Of a stretch of 64,000 nt of DNA, positions 38,950-47,142 are shown one piece after another (within the stretch, counting starts at the first letter, position 1; the number at the start of each line of letters is the position of its first letter). Source of the DNA: Candidatus Iainarchaeum sp. GTDB taxonomy: Archaea; Iainarchaeota; Iainarchaeia; Iainarchaeales; 1-14-0-10-31-34. Both the position numbers and the translations under genes were made by a program. Where the stretch lies: the NCBI GenBank assembly GCA_017609625.1, contig JAFCDN010000010.1, forward strand, positions 9,153 through 73,152, read 5' to 3'. The notes below the pieces were generated by a model. That model saw only the letters and a program-made list of their open reading frames with translations, did no database searches and was not told the DNA's origin.

Positions 38950-40299
38950 ATGCAGGTTTTGAACAATGTAAAAAGAGCATTGCTTGGAGATGTTACACAA
39001 GAAAAAGAAAACCCGATTTTAGAGAGAAGATATGAAGAGGAACCTTATTCAGAGCCTGGAAAAACAGAAGAATTCAGAAAAAAAATCCTTAACGCCTCAA
39101 TGCAAAACCTGAAATCAATGCAAAGCAAAAAAAACAGGCCAAAAGCAATGGCTTACTTTGACAAGATTGTAACAGGTTCCAGAGAAGAAGAAATAAAAAA
39201 ATCAGGAAAAAAAGTTTTAGGTTATTTTTGTTCTTTTATTCCAGAAGAAATCCTTTATGCAGCAGATGTGATTCCAATAAGATTATGTGCTGGCTCTTTT
39301 GATACAATGGATGTTGCAGAAGGAATACTGCCAAGAGATGTCTGCCCTATGGTGAAATCTTCTTTTGGATTCAAAGTTTTGGGTTTGCCTTTGATGGAGT
39401 TATGCGAGATTGCAGTTGTTCCAACTTCTTGTGATGCAAAAAAGAAAATGGGTTATTATTTAGCAGATTACATGCCTGTCTGGATGCTGCATTTGCCTCA
39501 TAAAAAAGACAGCGATAAGTCAGTTAAATTATGGCTTGAAGAAATGTATGACTTTAAGGATGCTGTTGAAAAATTTGCTGGAAAAAAGATTTCAAAGAAA
39601 GCGCTTGAAGATTCAACTAAACTCTTAAGAAAAAGAACAGATGCTTTCAGAAGATTCTTAGAACTTCGTAAAGCAAAGCTTATTCCAATTTCAGAAAAAG
39701 ATTTTTTGCTTGTAGTTTATGTAAGCTTTTTTGATGATGCAGAAAGATGGACAAAAAATGTTTCTTTATTGTGCGATGAAATTGAAAAAAACATTGAACG
39801 CGGAATTGGAGTTCATTCAAAAGACACTATAAGATTATTATTAACCGGCTCTGCAACAATCTGGCCAAACTTCAAGATTTTAGATATTATAGAAAAAGCA
39901 GGAATGGCAATTGCAGTTGACCAGAGCTGTGTTGGAACATGGCACTTGTATGAACCAGTTGAAGTAGAAGAATACTCTTTGCCTGGGTTAATGCAAGCAA
40001 TAGCTGAACGCTATCTTTCTCCAAGCATCTGCCCCTGCTTTACAGTAAATGATGACAGGTTTGATAATTTAACTGAATTAATCAAAGCCTATGAAGTTGA
40101 CGGAGTCATTTACCATATTTTAAGATTGTGCCAGCTTTTTGATATGGAAGCAGAAACAGTAAAAAAAATCCTTGAAAAAGAAAACATTCCAATGCTAAAA
40201 GTTGTGACAGACTACAGCAAAGAAGATGTAGGCCAGCTGTCTACTAGAATTGAAGCATTCAAAGAAATGATTTTGATTAGAGAGGAAGGAGAAAAATGA
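38950..40299 (+). CDS. 2-hydroxyacyl-CoA dehydratase / benzoyl-CoA reductase (HgdB/BcrB-like) family protein
   Basis: GYFCSFIPEEILYAADVIPIRLCAG plus C-terminal Cys ligands (CPCF...; ILRLCQ). It overlaps the activase gene by 4 nt (ATGA). Confidence 0.65.
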   Translation: MQVLNNVKRALLGDVTQEKENPILERRYEEEPYSEPGKTEEFRKKILNASMQNLKSMQSKKNRPKAMAYFDKIVTGSREEEIKKSGKKVLGYFCSFIPEEILYAADVIPIRLCAGSFDTMDVAEGILPRDVCPMVKSSFGFKVLGLPLMELCEIAVVPTSCDAKKKMGYYLADYMPVWMLHLPHKKDSDKSVKLWLEEMYDFKDAVEKFAGKKISKKALEDSTKLLRKRTDAFRRFLELRKAKLIPISEKDFLLVVYVSFFDDAERWTKNVSLLCDEIEKNIERGIGVHSKDTIRLLLTGSATIWPNFKILDIIEKAGMAIAVDQSCVGTWHLYEPVEVEEYSLPGLMQAIAERYLSPSICPCFTVNDDRFDNLTELIKAYEVDGVIYHILRLCQLFDMEAETVKKILEKENIPMLKVVTDYSKEDVGQLSTRIEAFKEMILIREEGEK

Positions 40300-41090
40300 T
40301 TACTGCAGGAATTGATGTTGGAAGCGTTACAACAAAATGCGTTTTATTTGATGGAAAAAAAGTTTTAGGAAAAGCTTTAACCCAGACAAAAGCAGATCCA
40401 AATCTTGCAGCAGAATTTGTATACAAAAAAGCTTTGGAAGAAAACAAGATTTCAAAAGAAAAGATTTCTTTTATTGTTTCAACAGGCTATGGAAGAAGAG
40501 CAATAGATTATGGAAATACCAGTGTAACAGAAATAATGGCTAATGCAACCGGAGCTTACTGGGTTGGATGCCCTAAAGGAGAAATCAAAACAATAATTGA
40601 TTTAGGAGGCCAAGACAGCAAAGTGATTGCTTTAGAGAAAGGCGGGCATATAAGAAATTTTGTTATGAACGATAAATGCAGTGCAGGCACAGGCAGATTC
40701 CTTGAAAACATGGCTAATGTTTTAGGAGTTTCATTAGAAGAACTTGGAAGTTTTTCCTTGAAATCAAAAAATCCTATTGCAATCAACAGCACCTGCACTG
40801 TTTTTGCAGAATCAGAAATAATTTCTTTGATTTCCAAGAGAGCAAAAAAAGAAGACATTATTGCAGGGCTTCATATTTCTATAAGCAAAAAAATTGTTCA
40901 CATGGCCAGGGAATTAGGGGTAAGAGAACCTGTTTTTTTTGACGGCGGGGGAAGCAAAAACATTGGAATAAAGAAAGCTCTTGAAAATGCGCTTGGAGTA
41001 GAAATTTATGTTCCGGAAAACTCGCAGTTTATTATTGCTTTAGGTGCAGCAATAGTTGCATTTAAACTAGCAACAAAACAGCAGAAATAA
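40296..41090 (+). CDS. CoA-substrate-specific enzyme activase (HgdC/BadF/BcrA-like ASKHA ATPase with a bridging [4Fe-4S])
   Basis: MITAGIDVGSVTTKCVLFDG..., IDLGGQDSKVIAL, and MNDKCSAGTGRFLENMA. Confidence 0.85.
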   Translation: MITAGIDVGSVTTKCVLFDGKKVLGKALTQTKADPNLAAEFVYKKALEENKISKEKISFIVSTGYGRRAIDYGNTSVTEIMANATGAYWVGCPKGEIKTIIDLGGQDSKVIALEKGGHIRNFVMNDKCSAGTGRFLENMANVLGVSLEELGSFSLKSKNPIAINSTCTVFAESEIISLISKRAKKEDIIAGLHISISKKIVHMARELGVREPVFFDGGGSKNIGIKKALENALGVEIYVPENSQFIIALGAAIVAFKLATKQQK

Positions 41091-41093
41091 AAT

Positions 41094-43757
41094 TTATGCT
41101 CCGCCAAATATTTTGAATGCAATTGAGCCAATGATTGCAATTACAATCACTGCATAAACAAAAATCATTAAATCAGATGGTTCACTTACAACAAGAGTGG
41201 TTGTTACAATCCTGCTTCTAGTGAATTCTCTTGCTTCAACTTCAAAGCTTAATTCAGTGCTTCCAAGCTCTGCATCTTCTGCAGTGGTTAAAGTTGCAAC
41301 AAAACTTTTTATTTCATTTGGCTTTAATTCATCAATTATTTCTGGTTCAATCTTTTTTACTATTTCAGTGTTATCTGCATTCACTTTCAAATTATGCAGC
41401 CCTTCTGTATGACCATTTCTAACAAAAATTCTTACTTCAATTGTTTCTCCAGGGCGCATTTCAATTTTATCTCTGTCTCCTATGCTTACAGCAAAAGGAA
41501 TTGAATCTGGATCTAAAATCTTTATTTCTACTCCTTCTTTTGCAAAAACATCAATTGAAGATGTTTTAAATCCTATTTTTTCTGCAGTGAGTTTTAGAGT
41601 TCCTTTTCTTGCGGTTAAAACAGCTTCTCCGTTTGAGTTAGTAGTTGCAGTTTGATTCAAATAAGCTATTTTCACTCCAGAAACTGGCTTTGAATCTTTA
41701 TCAACAACTTTTGCAGTAAAAGATTGTTTGTCAACAATAGTTTGAGGAAGAATTACAGACATTTCTTTTAAATCAGGTGCAGTATTATGCTTGCATTCAG
41801 AATTGCATTTCCCTGGGTTTTCACAAACATCTTCAGTTAAAGAATCATTATCATTACATTCAGCATCATTTTTACATGCAGTTTCTGCACAAGAACCATT
41901 ACAGCAAATTTTTTCTCCAACACAACCACAATCTTTCTGGCAGGTAGAACAATTTTCTGTTCCAGTACATTGCCCGTCCCCGCAAGTCAAACTGCAATCA
42001 TTGTCATTTTCATTAGTGCATCCAGCCGGACAGCAGCCATCATTGTCTGCACATTCTTTTGGTGCATAAGAACAAGATGCACTGCAAGAGTTTGGATTAT
42101 TACAAGAATCTGTAGTGCATGCATCTGAATCATTACAAGCAGAATTATCTGCACAAGCCGGAGTAATACAAGAACCATCACAGCATAATCCTGTACCACA
42201 ACTGCAGTCTTCTGAACAGCTTGAACAATTTTCTCCTACTCCTGAATTACATTGTGAATTTCCACAGCAATCACTTACTTCACAATCAGAACAACCAGAA
42301 CTGCATTCCCCTGTTTCACAAACTTCATTCCCGCAAATCAAACCACAATCATTATCATTTGCTGTAGTGCATCCTGAAGGACAGCAGGAATCTGAATTTA
42401 CACAAGAAGTAATTGCAGGATTAGAACAAGATGAACTGCATGTTCCTGCATTATTGCAGGAATCATTTGTACAAGAATCTGAATCATCGCAGCCAGAATT
42501 ATTTGAACAGGTTGGTTCTTCGCAAGAGCCAGAACAGCAAATTCCGGTTGTACAACTACAATCAGCAGAGCAACTTTCACAATTTTCTGCTCCATTGCAT
42601 GTTCCGTCCCCGCATTCTGCACTGCAGTCATTATCGTTTCCTGTTGTACATCCGCTTGGACAGCACCCGTCAGAGTTTACACAGAAAGTTATTTCAGGAA
42701 AAGTGCATTCTGCACTGCAAGTTCCTGCATTACTGCAAGTGTTTGTAGTGCATGCATCTGAATCATCACATTCAGAGTTTTGTGAACAATCTGCTTCAAC
42801 GCAGGAGCCTGAGCAACAGATGTCATCTCCTATACAACTACAATCTTGTGCACAAGTAGAACAGTTTTCTGTTCCATTACAGCTTCCATCCCCGCATACT
42901 GCTTCGCAATCATTATCATTTAATATTGTGCATCCGCCAGGGCAACACCCGTCAGAGTTAATGCAGGAAGTTATTGGAGGATTAGAACAAGATGAACTGC
43001 ATGTTCCTGGATTATTGCATGTGTCTGTAGTACATGAATCTCCGTCAGAACAGTCTGGGTTGCTTATGCAGGTTGGTGCAATGCAAGATCCAGAACAACA
43101 GATATCCCCTCCATTACAACCACAATCTTGTGCACAGCTTGAACATGTTTCTCCTGGATTGCAGGTTGAATCCCCGCAGCAACCAGATAAACCACAGTCC
43201 GGGTCTTCTCCTTCTTCACAATATGCAGGGCAGTTTCCATTGCATCCGTCTGGAGTGCAGCTTCCACTAGTCACTTGGATATTTGTTGCATCAACATATC
43301 TGCTTGAGTAACTGTCTGGTTTTACTTTAAAACGCATACTGTAAGTTCCTGGAGCAGCATTTTTGATGGTTATTGTTACATCAAAGTCTCTTGACTGGTG
43401 AATTGGAATTCCCTGGCTTGAAGGGTTAATGTTTATTTCAAAATCACAGTTTGGGCATCCAGTGTAAGTGCAGGTTGTACAGCTGTAAACTGAAACAACT
43501 ACATTAGAAAAATTTGAGCTCCATGGGTTGCACTTCCCACTGGCATTCTGGAAAGTTTGTCTGTTTTCAACATTTATTGTAAACGATATTTGGTTTCCAT
43601 TATAATTTGGGCCGTCAGTAATCGTTATTACAACCGGATCAAGACAGCCATACCCTGCCTGGCTTCCTCCTGGAAGAACATCACTACACACGTGAGCAAA
43701 AGCATTAGAAAAAAAGAACAGAAGAAAAACTAAAACTAAAAAAATCTTTTTACTCAT
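41094..43757 (-). CDS. Giant cysteine-rich cell-surface protein with about six ~90-aa tandem slime-mold-type (Dictyostelium CxDxxxCTxDxC) repeats, an Ig/CarboxypepD_reg-like domain and a C-terminal TM anchor
   Basis: Signal peptide MSKKIFLVLVFLLFFFSNAFA. Repeats of ...CGDGSCNGTENCSTCAQDCSC...CCSGSC...C..NS.CDDSDACTTNTCSNAGTCS..C..P.IT.C.NSDGCCP.GCT..NDNDC. C-terminal LMIFVYAVIVIAIIGSIAF. Confidence 0.6.
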   Translation of the reverse strand: MSKKIFLVLVFLLFFFSNAFAHVCSDVLPGGSQAGYGCLDPVVITITDGPNYNGNQISFTINVENRQTFQNASGKCNPWSSNFSNVVVSVYSCTTCTYTGCPNCDFEININPSSQGIPIHQSRDFDVTITIKNAAPGTYSMRFKVKPDSYSSRYVDATNIQVTSGSCTPDGCNGNCPAYCEEGEDPDCGLSGCCGDSTCNPGETCSSCAQDCGCNGGDICCSGSCIAPTCISNPDCSDGDSCTTDTCNNPGTCSSSCSNPPITSCINSDGCCPGGCTILNDNDCEAVCGDGSCNGTENCSTCAQDCSCIGDDICCSGSCVEADCSQNSECDDSDACTTNTCSNAGTCSAECTFPEITFCVNSDGCCPSGCTTGNDNDCSAECGDGTCNGAENCESCSADCSCTTGICCSGSCEEPTCSNNSGCDDSDSCTNDSCNNAGTCSSSCSNPAITSCVNSDSCCPSGCTTANDNDCGLICGNEVCETGECSSGCSDCEVSDCCGNSQCNSGVGENCSSCSEDCSCGTGLCCDGSCITPACADNSACNDSDACTTDSCNNPNSCSASCSYAPKECADNDGCCPAGCTNENDNDCSLTCGDGQCTGTENCSTCQKDCGCVGEKICCNGSCAETACKNDAECNDNDSLTEDVCENPGKCNSECKHNTAPDLKEMSVILPQTIVDKQSFTAKVVDKDSKPVSGVKIAYLNQTATTNSNGEAVLTARKGTLKLTAEKIGFKTSSIDVFAKEGVEIKILDPDSIPFAVSIGDRDKIEMRPGETIEVRIFVRNGHTEGLHNLKVNADNTEIVKKIEPEIIDELKPNEIKSFVATLTTAEDAELGSTELSFEVEAREFTRSRIVTTTLVVSEPSDLMIFVYAVIVIAIIGSIAFKIFGGA

Positions 43758-43826
43758 AAAAAACCTTTTTCTATTTTTAATATTATAAGGAGTTTCAATT
43801 ATTAAAGATTTTCTGTTTTGTGGTTT

Positions 43827-44366
43827 CTATTTTTTTCGACTTAGCAGAACTTTTCCTCCGACTCTTCTAAAAGTCCCGCCAGTTTCATGCATTAAATAAT
43901 TCATCTCATCAATATCCAATACTCCGTCTTTTTCAGCAGCCTTTACTGAAACAACTCTTCCAACTACAATGCAATGGTCTGCTTCTTTTAATTCCAAAAC
44001 CTCGTTTAATTTGCATTCTAAAACTGCTTTGCTTTCTTTTATCCTTGGAACAGAAACTTTTTCTGAATCCTCTAAATGAAGTTGATTTTTTTCAATCCTT
44101 TTGTAGAACTCAATCTTTTCTTCACAGTTTACAGCCTGCTGTGCAAAATCTTCTGAAACAATATTTACAGTGAATTCTTTTGTTTCTTTAATGTTTTTAA
44201 AAGTCATTTTATGCTTTCCAACTCCGACTCCTATCAGCGCAGGCTCAAAACTAAAAGGATAAACAAAAGAATACGGGGCAGCATTAATTTTTCCCTCTGA
44301 ATTTTTTGAAACAATCAGTGTTGTAACTCTTGGGCTTAAAAGTTTAACAAAATTTTTTTCTTCCAT
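43827..44366 (-). CDS. Flavin reductase-like FMN-binding split-barrel protein
   Basis: LSPRVTTLIVSKNSEGKINAAPYSFVYPFSFEPALIGVGVG matches the flavin reductase domain pattern. Confidence 0.65.
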   Translation of the reverse strand: MEEKNFVKLLSPRVTTLIVSKNSEGKINAAPYSFVYPFSFEPALIGVGVGKHKMTFKNIKETKEFTVNIVSEDFAQQAVNCEEKIEFYKRIEKNQLHLEDSEKVSVPRIKESKAVLECKLNEVLELKEADHCIVVGRVVSVKAAEKDGVLDIDEMNYLMHETGGTFRRVGGKVLLSRKK

Positions 44367-44370
44367 TCTC

Positions 44371-45012
44371 TCACTCTAAAAACTTTTTTAGTTCTTCAAA
44401 TGATTCAATCACTTCGTTTTCTGCTCCTTTAACTTTTTCCTGGAAATAAATCATTTTAACTTTTGCCTGTTCTCCTGCTTTCATGTCTGCAATTGTATCT
44501 CCGATATAAATCACTTCTTCTGCTTTAACTTGAAATTTTTCAATTGCTTTTAGTATTCCTTCAGGAGAAGGTTTTGGTTCCTGCACATCGCTTGCGGTTA
44601 CAATAAAATCAAAAAACTGAATTAATTCAAAGTGTTCTAATACTGTTGTTTTTGTTCTGTTTGTAATTATTGCAAGCTTGAATTTTTTTTCCTTCAAAAA
44701 TTCAAGGATTTCTCTTATCCCTGGATTCAGATTAATGTATTCCATATATTTTTGGTATTTTTCCGACCATTCTTCCCGTATTTTTTCTCTTTCTTTTATT
44801 GGAGTTTCTGGCATAAACTTTTCCAGAACCTGTTTTATAGTAAAAAACTTTATTTCCAGATATTCTTTTTTGCTTAACTTTTTTTTTCCGTGCTCCCCAA
44901 ACAAGTCATTTAGAAATCTTCTGTTTGCTTCTTTTGAGTTAATTATTACTCCGTCTATATCAAAAAAAACTGCTTTAATCATTTTTTCCCTCTGTGTTTT
45001 AATTGAATTCAA
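44371..45012 (-). CDS. HAD-superfamily hydrolase (beta-phosphoglucomutase-like subfamily IA)
   Basis: Motif I IKAVFFDIDGVIINS, motif II ITNR, and motif IV YIGDTIADMKAG. The likely start is the Met at 44982. Confidence 0.8.
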   Translation of the reverse strand: MNSIKTQREKMIKAVFFDIDGVIINSKEANRRFLNDLFGEHGKKKLSKKEYLEIKFFTIKQVLEKFMPETPIKEREKIREEWSEKYQKYMEYINLNPGIREILEFLKEKKFKLAIITNRTKTTVLEHFELIQFFDFIVTASDVQEPKPSPEGILKAIEKFQVKAEEVIYIGDTIADMKAGEQAKVKMIYFQEKVKGAENEVIESFEELKKFLE

Positions 45013-45076
45013 AGAAATGATTTAAAAGCATTAATGAGCATAATGTAATTAAATAGAATCAGTGGGAGAGTTTTGT

Positions 45077-45802
45077 ATGGCAATAGAATTAAAGAAAGCA
45101 GAATCTTGGGCAAGAGCAATTAATGCAATTTCAACTTTTATTTCTGAAGGAAACTTTCGTTTTAATGATTCAGGAATAAGTTTTAAGGCAATTGACCCAA
45201 GCCAGATTGTTTTAGTTGATTATTCTGTTGCAAAAAGCTCTTTTGACAAATACTCTATTGAACCAACTTATGTTGGAGTAGATTTGGTTGAATTAAACAA
45301 AATAATGTCCAGAATCCTTCAGCATGACAAAATGACTCTGGATTTAACTGAAAACGAAATGTCAATCCATTTTACTGGAGAGCTTTCAAGAAGTTTCAGA
45401 CTTCCCTTAATTGATGTTTCAGAACAGGAAATCAATGTTCCTACAACAAAATTTGACACTACAATTCAAATCAATGCAAGAATGTTTAAAGAAGCATTAA
45501 AAGACGCTTCTTTGTTTGGCAGTTCAGTTGTTTTAAGAGCAAAAGGAAACCAGTTTATGATTGAAGCAAGAGGTTCTTCCGGCACTTTAAAGACTGTTGC
45601 AAAAGAAGCAAAAAATGTTTTAGTTAAAACTTCTTCAGAGGTTGTAAGCAAATACTCTTTGAACTTCCTTTCAAATATCATAAAAGAAGCAGACTCTGAT
45701 TCAATGATTAAATTAGAATTAAAAGGCGATGCCCCCATGAAAGTTTCTTATTCAATCGGAGACAACAAAATCAACTTCCATTTAGCGCATATGATCCTCT
45801 GA
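45077..45802 (+). CDS. DNA polymerase sliding clamp PCNA (paralog 2)
   Basis: MAIELKKAESWARAINAISTFISEGNFRFNDSGISFKAIDPSQIVLVDY...RLPLIDVSEQE... Low identity to PCNA-1, but it shares the AIDPSQI and PLIDxS blocks. Confidence 0.8.
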   Translation: MAIELKKAESWARAINAISTFISEGNFRFNDSGISFKAIDPSQIVLVDYSVAKSSFDKYSIEPTYVGVDLVELNKIMSRILQHDKMTLDLTENEMSIHFTGELSRSFRLPLIDVSEQEINVPTTKFDTTIQINARMFKEALKDASLFGSSVVLRAKGNQFMIEARGSSGTLKTVAKEAKNVLVKTSSEVVSKYSLNFLSNIIKEADSDSMIKLELKGDAPMKVSYSIGDNKINFHLAHMIL

Positions 45803-45857
45803 TTGCCGGCAGTCTGCTTGCCTTCTATTTTTATTTCTTTTAATTCAATATTCTAGT

Positions 45858-46898
45858 ATGCCTTCGAAAGAAGAATTGATTTTTGCCCAGATGTTTCCGT
45901 TTTCAGATAAAGCAAAAAACTTAATAAAAAAAGAAAAATTCCTTTTAGAAGATGTTTCAGAAGAAGTAATGGCAAGAGCAAAAATAATGCTTTTAAATGC
46001 TTTCAGAAAAAAGCCTTATTCAGTAAACGGAATATCTTTTTCAAATGAATTAATGTTAAATGAAATCTATGCTTTTCCTGTAGCAAAAATCCTTTTGTCT
46101 GAAATGAGTTCTTTTGATTTGAACAGGAAATTTGCTTTAACTTTTTCTTTAAACACTTTTGGTTTTTTAGAAAAAGAAAAAAACAACGACAAACTCCTCC
46201 GGCTCTTTGACGATTTTAAAATAAAATTCTCTTTGTCTGAAAACAAAGCTTTTTTTCTTTCAGTTTCGCTGAAAGAATTTCTTTCAATGCCTTCTTTTAG
46301 GGAACTGAAATTAGTAAACCAAAGCATTTCAAATGGTAGGGTTTTTCTGACAAAAAACGATTCAATAAGGTTTATTTCAAATTTAAGCTATAAAAAAATA
46401 AATTCTTCTCTGCCAATTGAAACAAAAGGAATCCCAAAAAAGTTCAAAGAAAATGCCAATGTATTAAAACAGGAATTTTTTTCCCTCAAAAAAACTCTGC
46501 CGGAATTCAAGTTTGCAGGAAACTTAAAAACAGAATTTATTCCTCCGTGCATGAGCTTTTTATATGGAAAGCTTTCTTCTGGTTCAAAACTAACTCATAT
46601 TGCAAACTTTGATTTAGCTTGTTTTTTAATCAATTCAAGAACCTCAAAAGAAGATTTTCTAAAACTCTATTCTCGCGCTTCAAACTTCAAGGAAAAGCTT
46701 GTTTTATATCATTACAGCAATATTAAAGGAAAAGAAGCAAAACCAAAATATTCCAGTCCTTCCTGCAATAAAGTAGTAGAACACAGCTTGTGTTTGAGGA
46801 ATGAAACATGTGAAGGAATCAAAAGTCCGCTGGGATATTACATCAGAAACCTGAAAAACCTGAAAAAAAGCAAAAAACCCCAAACCGAAAGTAAATAA
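45858..46898 (+). CDS. priL: DNA primase large subunit PriL (Fe-S domain)
   Basis: C-terminal PPCM...H..NFDLACFL...YSSPSCNKVVEHSLC...ETCEGIKSPLGYY (the four Cys of the PriL [4Fe-4S] domain, with the PPCM motif), in a 346-aa protein. Confidence 0.75.
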   Translation: MPSKEELIFAQMFPFSDKAKNLIKKEKFLLEDVSEEVMARAKIMLLNAFRKKPYSVNGISFSNELMLNEIYAFPVAKILLSEMSSFDLNRKFALTFSLNTFGFLEKEKNNDKLLRLFDDFKIKFSLSENKAFFLSVSLKEFLSMPSFRELKLVNQSISNGRVFLTKNDSIRFISNLSYKKINSSLPIETKGIPKKFKENANVLKQEFFSLKKTLPEFKFAGNLKTEFIPPCMSFLYGKLSSGSKLTHIANFDLACFLINSRTSKEDFLKLYSRASNFKEKLVLYHYSNIKGKEAKPKYSSPSCNKVVEHSLCLRNETCEGIKSPLGYYIRNLKNLKKSKKPQTESK

Positions 46899-46946
46899 AT
46901 ACTTTATGTTTTTCCTTTAATTTAAAACTTGAAGGAGGCCAATAAA

Positions 46947-47054
46947 ATGGTTGATAAATTTAAGTTACAAGAAGAAGATGGAGAAACAGAGGATTTTCCT
47001 CCAGAAGATAAACCAGCAGAAGAAGAGGAACCGGTTGAAGAAGAAAGTTTCTGA
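46947..47054 (+). CDS. Micro-ORF encoding a 35-aa highly acidic peptide (MVDKFKLQEEDGETEDFPPEDKPAEEEEPVEEESF)
   Basis: Strong SD GGAGG 8 nt upstream of the ATG, and a T-rich tract (47055-47140) after it. Below the 60-aa cutoff of the ORF track. Confidence 0.3.
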   Translation: MVDKFKLQEEDGETEDFPPEDKPAEEEEPVEEESF

Positions 47055-47142
47055 TTATTTTTATTCCTTTATTTTTTTCTTCCTTTTTTTCTTTTTTTTA
47101 TTCCAATTTCTTATTTTAATTATTTCCTTTTAAGAGGTATTT

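Noticed and set aside
42115-43311. 398-aa plus-strand ORF (Q/S/P/E-rich) overlapping the big Cys-rich gene
   Set aside because: It is exactly antisense to the tandem-repeat region. The low-complexity repetitive DNA keeps the frame open artificially. The minus-strand protein has a signal peptide, structured repeats and a TM anchor.
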